A stretch of 64,000 nt of DNA from Cyanobacteria bacterium P01_A01_bin.123 (GCA_039815185.1 JBCBZT010000028.1:1-64000); one strand, 5' to 3'; counted from the stretch's first letter, positions 10,980 through 21,803 are shown. The notes: a model not told the origin generated them from the sequence alone. Program-made: numbers and translations.

Positions 10980-11576
10980 GTGACTCAATACCTCAAAGGC
11001 ACCAACCTATACCTCATCGGCATGATGGGAGCAGGCAAAAGCACCGTGGGTAAGCAACTCGCTCAACAACTGGGCTATCGATTTTTTGACACCGATACGC
11101 TGGTTGAACAAGTGAGTGGACAAACCATTCCTCAGATTTTTGCAGACCAGGGCGAAACGGCTTTCCGCGAATTGGAAACGGCAGTTTTGGCCCAGCTTGC
11201 GCCCTATACTCGATTGGTGGTAGCCACTGGGGGAGGGATTGTGCTCAAGCCTAAAAATTGGAGCTATTTGCATCACGGCGTCGTTGTTTGGTTAGATGCG
11301 CCACTTTCTGTGCTAGAACAGCGACTAACCGGCGATAACCAGCGTCCTCTGCTGCAAACCGAAGATTTGTCGCTGAAGTTAGAAACCCTAATGGCAGAAC
11401 GCCATAGTCTTTACCGACAAGCTGATATTCGGATTGGTATCAATCAGCGTGATCAGCCCAAATTTTCTGCAGAACAGATTCTCGTGGCGGTCGATCAACT
11501 GATTCAAACTCAGGCGACTCCGACAGTTCCACCAGAGATTGAAATCATTGGTCATGATCCGCCCAATTCCCACTAG
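10980..11576 (+). CDS. aroK: Shikimate kinase
   Basis: GMMGAGKSTVG, FFDTD, ATGGG. Confidence 0.95.
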   Translation: MTQYLKGTNLYLIGMMGAGKSTVGKQLAQQLGYRFFDTDTLVEQVSGQTIPQIFADQGETAFRELETAVLAQLAPYTRLVVATGGGIVLKPKNWSYLHHGVVVWLDAPLSVLEQRLTGDNQRPLLQTEDLSLKLETLMAERHSLYRQADIRIGINQRDQPKFSAEQILVAVDQLIQTQATPTVPPEIEIIGHDPPNSH

Positions 11577-11629
11577 AATCACCATAACGATTCCTCTCCA
11601 GCAGTCTCAGCCCAGATATCAGAAGCGTT

Positions 11630-12538
11630 ATGGTTCAATCCTCTGTACCCCATGAAAGCGAGTTTATCCAAGAAACCGAGGCCACTCGGGTTCGGGTCTT
11701 AAGTGAAGCCTTGCCCTACATTCAGGAGTTTCGAGGTCGCACGGTCGTGGTGAAATACGGCGGCGCTGCCATGAAAGACAGCGCTCTTAAGTCTAAGGTG
11801 GTGCGCGATATCGTGTTTATGTCCTGTGTGGGCATTCGTCCGGTGGTGGTGCATGGCGGCGGGCCAGAAATCAACACCTGGTTGGGTAAGTTGGGGATTG
11901 AACCCCAATTTAAGAATGGTTTGCGCGTCACCGATGCCCCCACAATGGATGTGGTAGAGATGGTGCTAGTGGGTCGTGTCAATAAAGAACTGGTATCCCT
12001 GATTAGCCAAGCCGGCGGCAAAGCCATTGGCCTTTGTGGCAAAGACGGTGACTTGATTCTGGCCAGACCCCAAGGGGATAGCGGGGTGGGGTTTGTCGGC
12101 GAGGTCAACAGCATTAACCCTGCCATTGTCAGTTCTTTAGTCGAATCGGGCTACGTGCCGATTATCTCCAGCGTGGCCGCTGACGAGACGGGGCAGGCTT
12201 ACAACATCAACGCCGATACCGTGGCGGGAGAATTAGCGGCGGCGCTCAATGCTGAGAAGCTGATTTTGTTGACCGATACTGCGGGCATTTTGGAGGACTA
12301 CCACGATCCAGCCACCCTGATTCCCAAGCTCGACATCCAAAAGGCGCGGGAGTTAATCGATCAGGGTATTGTCGGGGGCGGCATGATTCCCAAGGTAAAC
12401 TGCTGTGTGCGATCGCTGGCCCAAGGCGTCCGCGCTGCCCACATCTTAGACGGGCGCATTCCCCATTCCCTACTGCTAGAGATTTTCTCTGATACGGGGA
12501 TTGGTTCGATGATTGTGGCGTCTGAGTTTAGTGTTTAA
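11630..12538 (+). CDS. argB: Acetylglutamate kinase
   Basis: [33 protein letters not shown]. Confidence 0.97.
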   Translation: MVQSSVPHESEFIQETEATRVRVLSEALPYIQEFRGRTVVVKYGGAAMKDSALKSKVVRDIVFMSCVGIRPVVVHGGGPEINTWLGKLGIEPQFKNGLRVTDAPTMDVVEMVLVGRVNKELVSLISQAGGKAIGLCGKDGDLILARPQGDSGVGFVGEVNSINPAIVSSLVESGYVPIISSVAADETGQAYNINADTVAGELAAALNAEKLILLTDTAGILEDYHDPATLIPKLDIQKARELIDQGIVGGGMIPKVNCCVRSLAQGVRAAHILDGRIPHSLLLEIFSDTGIGSMIVASEFSV

Positions 12539-12567
12539 AGCAATTACAGCCCACAGCGCGTTATGCG

Positions 12568-12798
12568 CTATGGCGATTCAAATTCGAGCTGTCCGTCTCC
12601 TAATCTTTCACGAAAAGCACTACGAATCACGTCCATTTCTTCGGCAGTCAGTTGACCGTCTGCGAAGAGGGCTTGGCGTAGAGCTTGACGTTCCTCGGCG
12701 GAAAGTTGACCATCGGCGATCGCGTTTTGGGCCAACTGCTTGAGTTGTTCAAGGTGCTGGGGATCATTAGCAGTGTGGGAATGGGTAGAAGACGTCAT
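12568..12798 (-). CDS. Small hypothetical protein with two ADGQLS/TAEE repeats
   Basis: 76-aa ORF with an internal EF-hand/TerB-like duplication. Confidence 0.65.
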   Translation of the reverse strand: MTSSTHSHTANDPQHLEQLKQLAQNAIADGQLSAEERQALRQALFADGQLTAEEMDVIRSAFRERLGDGQLEFESP

Positions 12799-12865
12799 GG
12801 CACTCTGATTAATACTGTTCAGGAAGTTCCAAAATCATACCGCAGGGCTGATGAAACCACCGAAA

Positions 12866-13783
12866 TTAGACTACTGATGCCGCTTCGATAAAGATTCGCT
12901 TCACCTCAGTGTGGGTCTCTTTGACGCTGCGCTCAATGCGGCGGATGGCCGCTTCGATTTCGTCTGAAGAGAGATCATCCTTGAACTCGATATTTAAGGC
13001 CAGCATCACATCCTGTGGCCCTAAATGAAACGTAATCGGTGGTTCAGCAGCGGTGACCGCAGTATCTGACTGTACGATCGCTTTAATGCTGGTCCGGGTT
13101 TCGAGAGAGGCACTTTCGCCTACCAGTAGCCCTTTGGTTCTAGCAACCAGCCCTACCGCCACAACGGTCAACAGCAAACCGATGATAATCGATGCGATCG
13201 CGTCATAAACTGCATTCCCCCGCAGTTCGCTCAAGAAAATACCCGCAAACGCCACCCCCAACCCCACCAGTGCTGCCGCATCTTCGATGATGACGATAAA
13301 CGCACTGGGGTCTTTACTTTGACGAATCGCTGGCCAAAATCCCATCTCTGAATCAGGTTGATTTTTGCGAAATTCTCGAATTGAAACGGTCAAAGCGGCC
13401 CCTTCAAAGACTGCGGCTAACCCCAAAACCACGTAGCTGACTAAAGGCTGGCGCGCAGGCTCAGGATTCTGAAAACTTTGAATCCCCTTGTAAATCGAAA
13501 CGCCGCCCCCCAACGCAAAAATCAGCACCGCTACCATCAACGACCAAAAGTAAAGCTCTTGGCCCCGCCCTAGGGGATACTGCTCGTCTGGCCCTGCCTC
13601 ACTTTGTTTGAGACCGTACAGCAACAGCACCTCATTGACGGAATCTACCACCGAGTGAATCCCCTCAGACACCATCGCTGAGCTACCGCTAATCGCGGCC
13701 CCAACAAACTTGGCAATCCCAATGGCAATATTGGCCGCCATGGCCGCATAGATAGAAACTTTAGAAGACTTAGAACCCGCCAT
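12866..13783 (-). CDS. Cation diffusion facilitator family transporter
   Basis: SGSSAMVSEGIHSVVD, six TM segments, C-terminal dimerisation domain; start taken at ATG 13783. Confidence 0.9.
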   Translation of the reverse strand: MAGSKSSKVSIYAAMAANIAIGIAKFVGAAISGSSAMVSEGIHSVVDSVNEVLLLYGLKQSEAGPDEQYPLGRGQELYFWSLMVAVLIFALGGGVSIYKGIQSFQNPEPARQPLVSYVVLGLAAVFEGAALTVSIREFRKNQPDSEMGFWPAIRQSKDPSAFIVIIEDAAALVGLGVAFAGIFLSELRGNAVYDAIASIIIGLLLTVVAVGLVARTKGLLVGESASLETRTSIKAIVQSDTAVTAAEPPITFHLGPQDVMLALNIEFKDDLSSDEIEAAIRRIERSVKETHTEVKRIFIEAASVV

Positions 13784-13842
13784 ACTAATTTCAATAAGAT
13801 TTGAACCCAGCTGCAACCGCAGCAAGCCTGCGGTGTTGCCTA

Positions 13843-14301
13843 TCAATTTGAAGTTTGCCGATGATTGGCTAAAAAATCCAGCAAATCCTTTTCTGTGTGG
13901 AGGATAGCGTCTAAGGGCACACTTACCATTGGATTGAGCTTTGAGGCGATAAAGGCCGAACTACTGTCGGTGTGTAAGCCAACCAGCAATTTTTCGGGGT
14001 GTTGGAGTTGTTTGTGGCAGTAGGCAATGCCCAGTTCAACACAGGCCCCTTCGTCGCGAACACGGCCATCTAACACGAATAAAAACACATCCGCCGCCAT
14101 AATTTGAGCCGTATCTAACTCGAACATGGCCTGTCTACGAGCTTCACGGGACATGGTGTCGTAGGGCGGTTTGTCCCCTTCTACGCCGTCGCGTTGGGGC
14201 AAAAAGACCTGAAAGTCAAGTGTTTCTAACTGTTGGGTCAAGGTTTGATTGAAACGGCGCTCTGCTACGGAGAACAAGGGGGCTGCAAAGTAGATTTTCA
14301 T
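13843..14301 (-). CDS. Nucleoside 2-deoxyribosyltransferase family protein
   Basis: KIYFAAPLFS, FLPQRDG, LDGRVRDEGACVELGIAY. Confidence 0.88.
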   Translation of the reverse strand: MKIYFAAPLFSVAERRFNQTLTQQLETLDFQVFLPQRDGVEGDKPPYDTMSREARRQAMFELDTAQIMAADVFLFVLDGRVRDEGACVELGIAYCHKQLQHPEKLLVGLHTDSSSAFIASKLNPMVSVPLDAILHTEKDLLDFLANHRQTSN

Positions 14302-14398
14302 CTCAAATCATAGTAATAGATGTGTGAAAACATCCCACCGTTAGCATCCCAATCAGCTTCAAATCAATCCCTTTGGTATTCATGCATACTAATATTAA

Positions 14399-15757
14399 TT
14401 AGTCTTCGCTTCGTTCTCGCACAATTCGAATACCTTCCCAGGCGGGCATCTTTCCCTGCCGCCTCAATTCAATCAGGAGAAAAAAGTAATAAAGCTGCTT
14501 TCCCTGATCTCGATACTTGATAAACTCTCTTGTGATTTCATCATAGTCTTTTCGATCAGAACTGATATGTTGTAGTAAATTGCCATTTTTATTCGGGCGA
14601 CCATAAACATTAACCAATGAATCGTATATCACAATGATCCAAGGTAAATAGCTTCGAATAGCTTGATAATCTTGGTCACGATTACAAGCATGGTCGAGGT
14701 CAAGATCAAGCTTGCGGACGCCTTCAAGGGCGCGTTCAAGGTCAAGAGTGTGGTCGATGACGAGAGCACGTTCATAAGCAAAGACATGGGCAAGGTTGGG
14801 CGCGAGGTCGAGGTTGCGAGTAAGTTCACGAGCGAGATCAAGGGCAAGGTTGAGCGCGCGAGTAAGAGCAGGGGCAGGATCTCGGTTGCGAGTAAAGGTA
14901 ATGTTGCGTGCAATGTCGAGATTACGGGCACTAGCATGTGCAAGTTTATGAGCACGGGGGAGATTGCGGGCTCGTGCGAGTTTACGTGCGAGTTTGTGTT
15001 CAAGATCGTGGTTGTGGTCAAGGTTGTGTGCAAGATCGAGTGCACGTGTAAGATCGAGAGCACAGTTATGGGCACGGGTAAGGTCGTCTACCAGGGTGGG
15101 GCAGTTATGAGTTAGGTTGAGGTCACAAGCGTGGTCGAGTGTGTGAACGAGTGCATGAGCGCTGACACGGGCGCTATTGAGGGCAAGGGCACGGGCACGA
15201 GTAAGGTTGTGGACACGGGTGAGACCGAGGTCGAGTGCACGGGTGAGAGCACGGTCGAGTGCACGATCGAAGGTGCCGGTGGCTAAACTATTCAGAGAAG
15301 CTAAACTATCTAGAACAGCCCAATTATGAGAGTGTTCTTGCCATAGTTTCCACTGTTGTGCATGAATCCCCCCAATAACGACATCTTGATTGCATTGGCA
15401 CCAACATCCAATTGCTTGGTCTACGATGGGATACTCCTCAATTTCTGAAAGCGTGGGTAATCGATAGCGAAAGCCAGGGATTAATTGCTGCTGAGTTAGC
15501 CAGTCACAAAAACCTTCTGCATCACTTGCTCTCACGCCAGTAATTGGTTGCTTGGCAGTTCCTGAAGGAAATCGATCATTTTTCCAGTGGGTAGGCTGTA
15601 TAGCTTTCCCTTGTGCTTGTTGAGTATCAATAAAAAGCTGATACTCTGCACACGTGATATATCTCATGTCGATTTCGACAGTTTCATCTATTCTCAACAG
15701 ATTCTTTAACCGTCGAATTAATAGCACTTGAGCTGTCAACTTAAACCGAGCGCTCAT
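14399..15757 (-). CDS. C-terminal part of a NACHT system: FGE-sulfatase-like segments interrupted by an ALDLARAL-type repeat tract
   Basis: ITCAEYQLF, QPITGV..DAEGFCDWL, YRLPT, terminal GIRIVR; ATGA overlap with the NACHT ORF. Confidence 0.65.
   Translation of the reverse strand: MSARFKLTAQVLLIRRLKNLLRIDETVEIDMRYITCAEYQLFIDTQQAQGKAIQPTHWKNDRFPSGTAKQPITGVRASDAEGFCDWLTQQQLIPGFRYRLPTLSEIEEYPIVDQAIGCWCQCNQDVVIGGIHAQQWKLWQEHSHNWAVLDSLASLNSLATGTFDRALDRALTRALDLGLTRVHNLTRARALALNSARVSAHALVHTLDHACDLNLTHNCPTLVDDLTRAHNCALDLTRALDLAHNLDHNHDLEHKLARKLARARNLPRAHKLAHASARNLDIARNITFTRNRDPAPALTRALNLALDLARELTRNLDLAPNLAHVFAYERALVIDHTLDLERALEGVRKLDLDLDHACNRDQDYQAIRSYLPWIIVIYDSLVNVYGRPNKNGNLLQHISSDRKDYDEITREFIKYRDQGKQLYYFFLLIELRRQGKMPAWEGIRIVRERSED
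14670..15270 (-). repeat. Low-complexity coding repeat tract (A/L/D/R/H/N-rich)
   Basis: Recurrent short motifs such as GGTCGAGTGCACGG and CAAGATCGAG. Confidence 0.75.
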
Positions 15758-17571
15758 CGGGATTCTAATCCTTCATTCAGAATGTTTTCCAGTTCTTGCC
15801 GAACGGTTGGCTCAATGCTCTTGCCTTCCTCCAAGCAATCAAAAGCAAGTGCAAGTGCATCAACTGTAGATGTTTTAATAGCAGTACGAATTACCTTTGA
15901 AGAATCCCCTTGAGCTGCATAAAGTCTAATTGTTTCTGCCCACCAAGAAAGTTGATTTGGGTCTTCAATAGTATTGATCAATATCTGTTCCCTATTTGAT
16001 TCCCTAATTTCAACTGCTGCTAAATATTCTTGAAAACTCAAGTGGGCAAATTCATAAGCTCCTTCCTCCTTGGTAATTAATAACCCACTGACTTCTCTCA
16101 TCTGCTTTAAGAACTCCTCTGGAGTCAATGAGTCAGGAGAGACTAATGAAAGCCTCTTCTGAAGAAGAGAGCTAACCTTGGAAGAGAGCTGAAAAGAACG
16201 AGTTTTGTAGCGCATCAGAGCCAAGGCTAACCACTGTAAAACAGATTGCTTTTGAGATGCTGTTAGAAAATCAGGGATTCGTTTTGCTCGTTGTCGTTTC
16301 TCTAACAAAACCTGACAAATTTCTTTATATAGTTCAACTCGCTTACCAGGGAGAGCACTCCCTCGACGATGGACGGTGGCAATCATCGTTAATAATAAGG
16401 GATTTACCGCCATGGCTACTAACGGCGTACTGTCCCGAATCCTTTTAACTAGATCATCTGCTTGTTGCTTTGCATCTTCTCTAACCCCCAAATCGTCATT
16501 ATTCTCTTGGTTTCTGATTTCTGTTTCTAGATACCAGCTATGAATAAACTGCTGTACTTGCTTAAGTGTAAAGGGCTGCACTTCTAATACAGTCACATCT
16601 TGTTGGAGTTTGGCACTCTTGTATCCTAATGGCCGAGAGGTCAGTATAAATGCCGTTTCTGGATACTCTTTCATCTGGAAATCGACCCACTGACTTACTA
16701 GTTTTCGTTCAGTCTCATCTGCAATTTCATCCAGTCCATCCAAAAGAATAAGGCACGCGTTTCGCTTCAACTTATTGGCAAACCAGTTAGAGGGTGGCTG
16801 CAGTGGATCGATTGTTTGCAATCGTTGTACCCAGGTATTGATTAATTCAACTAACGTTAGCTGTGAATGGTTTACGATATCCTCCCGCACATCCCGCAAA
16901 TAGATCAGAACTGGAATGTATTTAGGAGATTTTGGATGCAGAAGTTTTCTTTGTTGACGACTGGCATAGATTAATGTCAAATATCGCAGTAGGGTGGTTT
17001 TACCTGATCCTGGTGCTCCCAAAATGGCCAACCGTCGAAAGGTATAATCGCAGGACATCCACACTAGGATCTCGCCAATTTTCTGTTGCTTTGATAGCTT
17101 TTCTGGTAGAGTTTGAATCAAATCAGGAGAAATCTTGGCAAGACTTTTTTGAGAAATTTTGAGAGGCACAAAGACTCGCTGTAATTTCAGCACTCGATCA
17201 TTGTCGAGCCCTTGAGCTTCATAGTTTCGGCAAATATAGATTAGCCGCTGACAATATTTGTCTTCAAAGTCTGATATCAAGTGTCGCCAAACCATTGCTG
17301 TTTTCTCTTGTAAAACATTTGCAGTGCGATCGCCCACTACAAACATCCATTTGGCTAAGCCTCCACCCCTTGCCTCAGCTTCCTTTTCTGCTGCCTCCAT
17401 AAACTTGCCACTAAACTTTACCCAGATTGATGAGCAACCTGTTAGGAATGACACGAGAACAGCCTGAGTCCATTCGTGCATCACAAGCGAATGTGCTGTC
17501 ACCCCAATCCCAACTCCAGACGGAGTCCATTTCACAATGTTAGTGATGACAGATTGAACAATCTTCTCCAT
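15754..17571 (-). CDS. NACHT-family STAND NTPase
   Basis: Walker A GAPGSGKT, Walker B LILLDGLDE, TSRP, NPLLLTMIA, FAHLSFQEYLAA. Confidence 0.92.
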   Translation of the reverse strand: MEKIVQSVITNIVKWTPSGVGIGVTAHSLVMHEWTQAVLVSFLTGCSSIWVKFSGKFMEAAEKEAEARGGGLAKWMFVVGDRTANVLQEKTAMVWRHLISDFEDKYCQRLIYICRNYEAQGLDNDRVLKLQRVFVPLKISQKSLAKISPDLIQTLPEKLSKQQKIGEILVWMSCDYTFRRLAILGAPGSGKTTLLRYLTLIYASRQQRKLLHPKSPKYIPVLIYLRDVREDIVNHSQLTLVELINTWVQRLQTIDPLQPPSNWFANKLKRNACLILLDGLDEIADETERKLVSQWVDFQMKEYPETAFILTSRPLGYKSAKLQQDVTVLEVQPFTLKQVQQFIHSWYLETEIRNQENNDDLGVREDAKQQADDLVKRIRDSTPLVAMAVNPLLLTMIATVHRRGSALPGKRVELYKEICQVLLEKRQRAKRIPDFLTASQKQSVLQWLALALMRYKTRSFQLSSKVSSLLQKRLSLVSPDSLTPEEFLKQMREVSGLLITKEEGAYEFAHLSFQEYLAAVEIRESNREQILINTIEDPNQLSWWAETIRLYAAQGDSSKVIRTAIKTSTVDALALAFDCLEEGKSIEPTVRQELENILNEGLESR

Positions 17572-17739
17572 TGTTAAATAAGCAGCGAGGGCCTATCCAG
17601 TTTACGCAATGCTTATAGTCTTCTGCACGTCAGAGGAAATATTAAAATATTAATTTGATACTCAGTCACCTTCTCTCGCCTAAAGTTGATTGGGTAAAGC
17701 CTATCCTATGCGATCGCTTGTAAAAGACATCACCCCGCC

Positions 17740-17857
17740 TACGATAGTCTGGGCAACATAAGCTGCTGCTACAAGCCATGGTTACGCGTTCATCCCCATC
17801 CCGTCTCTTAGCTGATAACGCAACCCCGCAGGTGCACCGCCTCGAAAACGCAGATAG
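17740..17857 (+). pseudogene. Duplicated upstream region and 5' end of the Uma2 gene at 18687
   Basis: MVTRSSPSRLLADNATPQVHRLENAD versus MVTRSSPSRPASDNATPQVPPLENGD. Confidence 0.8.
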
Positions 17858-18001
17858 CGAGCCTTTTACTCGGCCTACAAGGTGTGTCTGGAATCGGGAA
17901 GGGCGGGTAGATAGACAGGGGATAGAGAAGGTTTGGGCTATGCTGGTGTCATCCGTTCTTCTACTGGGCTCCTTCAAACTGGCTTTACCAGGAGATACGC
18001 T

Positions 18002-18619
18002 ATGGTCACGGTTCCGCTGCCCGATGCTCAGCTCATGACCTTTAATGAGTTTATTGCCTGGAAGCCTGATAGCAGTTGCTATGAACTCCACAACGGCACG
18101 CCGATTAAAATGCAACCTAGAGGCGACCATGAAGAGGTAATCTCGTTTCTCAATGCGGTGCTGATCTTGGAAGTTCAGCGGCTGGGGCGACCTTTTTGGC
18201 TGCCAAAGCAGGCACTGGTCAAGCTGCCGGAAGAAGATACCGCCTATCTACCAGACGTGATCCTGATTAATCGAGAGGCGTTGGGAGAGGAGCCGCTTTG
18301 GCAGGAAGCATCTACAGTGACACGAGGTGGTTCTGTGCCGTTGGTGGTTGAGGTAGTTAGCACCAACTGGGGGACTGACTATGGCAAGAAGTTGGTCGAT
18401 TACGAAAGCCTCGGCATCTCTGAATACTGGATTGTGGACTACTTGGGGCTGGGTGGGCGTCGCTACATTGGCAACCCGAAACGACCCACGCTCTCAATTT
18501 ATCAGTTGGTAGACGATGAGTATCAAGTCAGTCAGTTCCGCGACAATGAGCGCATTCGGTCAGCGCTATTTCCAGAGTTGACGTTAACTGCTGAGGCAAT
18601 TTTTAGGGCAGGCGTTTGA
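18002..18619 (+). CDS. Uma2 family endonuclease
   Basis: YELHNG, YLPDV, LVVEVVSTN, YESLGISEYWIVD. Confidence 0.92.
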   Translation: MVTVPLPDAQLMTFNEFIAWKPDSSCYELHNGTPIKMQPRGDHEEVISFLNAVLILEVQRLGRPFWLPKQALVKLPEEDTAYLPDVILINREALGEEPLWQEASTVTRGGSVPLVVEVVSTNWGTDYGKKLVDYESLGISEYWIVDYLGLGGRRYIGNPKRPTLSIYQLVDDEYQVSQFRDNERIRSALFPELTLTAEAIFRAGV

Positions 18620-18686
18620 GATGTCTCTGGGGGCAAGGGAGAAGGGGATTACGATAGACTGAAGCCAAAGGCTGCTTTGAGCAATC

Positions 18687-19400
18687 ATGGTCACGCGTTC
18701 ATCTCCATCCCGTCCTGCATCTGATAACGCAACCCCACAAGTGCCCCCGCTTGAAAATGGCGATCGCCTCACTCGCATCGAATTCGAGCAACGCTATGCG
18801 GCCATGCCCGCGCTCAAAAAAGCCGAACTGATTGAAGGCGTTGTGTATATGGCTGCTGCTCTCCGCTTTAGAAGCCATGGCAAACCCCACGCTCAACTCT
18901 TGGGCTGGTTATTTAGCTATCAAGTGGCAACATTGGGAATCGAGTTGGCCGACAACACAACCGTTCGTCTCGATCTCGATAATGAACCCCAACCAGACAT
19001 TGCCCTATTTATTGATCCCGCAAAGGGTGGACAAGTTCGCATTTCAAGCGATGACTACCTTGAAGGGGCACCAGAACTCATTGCAGAAGTTGCTGCCAGT
19101 AGTGCATCCTACGACCTAGGCGATAAGAAAAAAGCCTATCGACGCAACGGCGTACATGAATACATCGTCTGGCAAATGTTTGAAAACAAGCTGGATTGGT
19201 TTGTTATAGAAGACGATCGGTATATGCCACTCCCCCCAGACGCCAATGGCATTCTGCGCAGCCGTGTTTTTCCAGGATTGTGGTTGAACGTAGGCGCTTT
19301 GCTGAGTGGAGACATGCAGACCGTGCTATCAGTGTTGCAGCAAGGTTTAGCTTCACCAGAGCATGCTGCATTCGTTCAAACCCGTCGACAAATCACCTGA
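18687..19400 (+). CDS. Uma2 family endonuclease
   Basis: AELIEGVVYM, EPQPD, PELIAEVAASS, YRRNGVHEY. Confidence 0.92.
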   Translation: MVTRSSPSRPASDNATPQVPPLENGDRLTRIEFEQRYAAMPALKKAELIEGVVYMAAALRFRSHGKPHAQLLGWLFSYQVATLGIELADNTTVRLDLDNEPQPDIALFIDPAKGGQVRISSDDYLEGAPELIAEVAASSASYDLGDKKKAYRRNGVHEYIVWQMFENKLDWFVIEDDRYMPLPPDANGILRSRVFPGLWLNVGALLSGDMQTVLSVLQQGLASPEHAAFVQTRRQIT

Positions 19401-19463
19401 AATGTGGCGGTCGCTAGATCGCGGGAACCAAAAGGCGTTGTGTGCTACCACGAGCCCCACAAC

Positions 19464-19596
19464 CTAAAAATCCCACTCTGCAAACAATTCAGCAACCGCC
19501 ATCGAGAACCCCGGCACTACCGCCTCACCCGCCAGCAAATCCTGAGGCCGCAGAAACCCATCCGGTTCGATCGCGTGATAGACCAACACATATTTC
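19464..19596 (-). pseudogene. 3'-terminal fragment of another Uma2 endonuclease
   Basis: Hand translation KYVLVYHAIEPDGFLRPQDLLAGEAVVPGFSMAVAELFAEWDF*; abuts a purine-rich GGGGGAGAGGGGGAGAGA repeat. Confidence 0.7.
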
Positions 19597-19861
19597 CTAG
19601 GAGGGGGAGAGGGGGAGAGAGAGTCAGGTCAAAAGTATTCAGGTGGGTGCCTAGCAGATCAGGTTTGAGCAAGTTGTCATAACAGATAACTCCCTTGCGA
19701 CCCGTGCAATGCGAAGCGATTTCTAACACCCAGCAGAAACCCCCTTCCGTGGGTGAAGGGCGGCGGAACGCCCTTCTGGGGGAGCGCGAGGGGGCTAACC
19801 CCCTTGGCGTCAACGGCTCGGACACCGCTTTACCCATCCAACTGCCGCCTTCACAGAAGAT

Positions 19862-20908
19862 CTAATCCCCATAAAGCCCCATTACCTCAGTAATATCCAA
19901 CCGCGATCGCGCCCCCAAGGTCAACGCTGACTGATGCCCGCGATTCAAATGTTCCGCCGCCGCACAGCCAATCATCGCCGCATTGTCAGTACAGTACTTC
20001 AACGGCGGAAACAATACGCGAATGCCGTAGGGCTGGGCTACCTCGGTAAGGTGTTGACGCAACCCACTATTGGCCGCCACCCCACCACCCACCACAATCG
20101 TGTCAAGCTGATGATCACGAGCACAGGCGATCGCCCGTTTGGTCAGCGATCGCGCTACCGTTGCCTGAAAACTCGCCGCAATATCAGCCACAGGCAACGG
20201 ATCAACACCCTCCTGCTGGAGCTTTTGACTCAGACGCAACACCGCCGTCTTCAATCCGCTAAAACTGGAATCGTAGGGATGGAAGCCCCCCCCCGGCAGC
20301 GAAATATTGCCCTCCGGTAGGGGAAACGCCTTAGCATTGCCGGTCTTTGCCAACCGATCAATCACTGGCCCACCCGGATAGCCCAGCCCCAACAGCCGAG
20401 CTACCTTATCAAACGCCTCTCCCGCTGCATCGTCACGGGTTTTGCCCAGCACCCGATACTCACCACAGCCCTTCACCTGGATCAAGCTAGTATGCCCCCC
20501 AGAAACCAAGAGACAGAGATAGGGCGGTTGCAAAGACGGTTCACTTAAATAAGAGGCATAGAGATGACCTTCCAAGTGATGAACGCCGACAAAAGGTTTT
20601 TGATGCACCATTGCCAGGGTTTTTGCCGCTGTTAATCCCATCAGCAAAGCGCCCACTAACCCTGGCGCACAGGTAGCCGCAATGCCGTCAAGGTCGGCCC
20701 AGCCTAGGTTTGCATCCGCGATCGCCTGCGCTATGACCCACCCCAAATTATTCACATGCTGGCGAGACGCCAACTCTGGCACCACCCCGCCATACTGCTG
20801 ATGGGTGTCAATTTGGGAGGCCACCACATTACTAATGACCGCGCGATCGCAGACGACTGCTGCCGCCGTTTCGTCACAACTTGTTTCAATTGCTAAAACT
20901 GTCGCCAT
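19862..20908 (-). CDS. tsaD: tRNA N6-adenosine threonylcarbamoyltransferase
   Basis: [32 protein letters not shown]. Confidence 0.97.
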   Translation of the reverse strand: MATVLAIETSCDETAAAVVCDRAVISNVVASQIDTHQQYGGVVPELASRQHVNNLGWVIAQAIADANLGWADLDGIAATCAPGLVGALLMGLTAAKTLAMVHQKPFVGVHHLEGHLYASYLSEPSLQPPYLCLLVSGGHTSLIQVKGCGEYRVLGKTRDDAAGEAFDKVARLLGLGYPGGPVIDRLAKTGNAKAFPLPEGNISLPGGGFHPYDSSFSGLKTAVLRLSQKLQQEGVDPLPVADIAASFQATVARSLTKRAIACARDHQLDTIVVGGGVAANSGLRQHLTEVAQPYGIRVLFPPLKYCTDNAAMIGCAAAEHLNRGHQSALTLGARSRLDITEVMGLYGD

Positions 20909-21067
20909 AAGCTGATATTTTTCACCATGTAAGCCCCCTGGTATAACGTCCTTTACGAGGCTGAAACTGAGGGGTATGATGGCCTGAAAGTTTGGTCATC
21001 TCTGTACAAATAACTTAACGTTTTTGTACAAAATTCCTTGTTTTTGTGTAATAAAGGGAAACAATTT

Positions 21068-21568
21068 ATGCGACGGTTGTTTGCTCTCGCCCTAGTAGTT
21101 TGCCTGTGGTTGGGCTTCGCCCCATCAGCTATGGCGAGTATCGCAGGTGATAACGTAGCGGGCCTAACCCCCTGCGGCGAAAATGCAGCGTTCCAACAAC
21201 GTGCGGTTAATGCTAAAGATGCAGCGGCAGCAGATCGGTTTGAATTTTATGGCAACACAAGTCTGCTTTGCGGTGAAGATGGTTTACCCCACTTAGTCGT
21301 TAGCGGTGATTTGAGCCACATGGGTGAATTCTTGATCCCCAGCGTTCTATTTTTGTATATCGCAGGCTGGATTGGTTGGGCCGGTCGGTCTTATCTGATT
21401 GCCGTACGCGGTGAGAAAAGCGCTGAAGAAAAGGAAATCATCATTGATGTCCCATTGGCTGTGAAGTGCTCTCTGGGTGCTGCAACTTGGCCTCTACTTG
21501 CCTTCAAAGATATGGTCAGTGGCGAGATGTTTGCGAAGGAAAGTGAAATTACGGTTTCTCCCCGGTAA
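21068..21568 (+). CDS. psaF: Photosystem I subunit III
   Basis: Signal peptide, [37 protein letters not shown]. Confidence 0.97.
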   Translation: MRRLFALALVVCLWLGFAPSAMASIAGDNVAGLTPCGENAAFQQRAVNAKDAAAADRFEFYGNTSLLCGEDGLPHLVVSGDLSHMGEFLIPSVLFLYIAGWIGWAGRSYLIAVRGEKSAEEKEIIIDVPLAVKCSLGAATWPLLAFKDMVSGEMFAKESEITVSPR

Positions 21569-21609
21569 TTTTTCCTTCTGTTAATCCCTATCCTTTTGGA
21601 GAGTGTTTC

Positions 21610-21732
21610 ATGGACAATCTTTTAAAGTATTTATCAACGGCTCCGGTGATTGCCACCGTTTGGATGTTCATTACGGCTGGCATTTTGATCGAATTCAACC
21701 GTTTCTTTCCTGATCTGTTGTTGCATCCCTAG
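21610..21732 (+). CDS. psaJ: Photosystem I subunit IX (absent from the ORF track)
   Basis: Hand translation [40 protein letters not shown]. Confidence 0.97.
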   Translation: MDNLLKYLSTAPVIATVWMFITAGILIEFNRFFPDLLLHP

Positions 21733-21803
21733 CCTCGTTGATGGTGGTTATGGATGCTCTTTTGTTTTGCTCCCTTATCAAGTGACTGGAGAAGTCAATC
21801 GTT

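Noticed and set aside
14629..15115. Overlapping ORFs on both strands
   Set aside because: By-product of the repeat tract lacking stop codons.
19690..19860. GC-rich hairpin-like stretch downstream of tsaD
   Set aside because: Looks like a degenerate repeat, but there is no second copy in the window and no clear boundaries.
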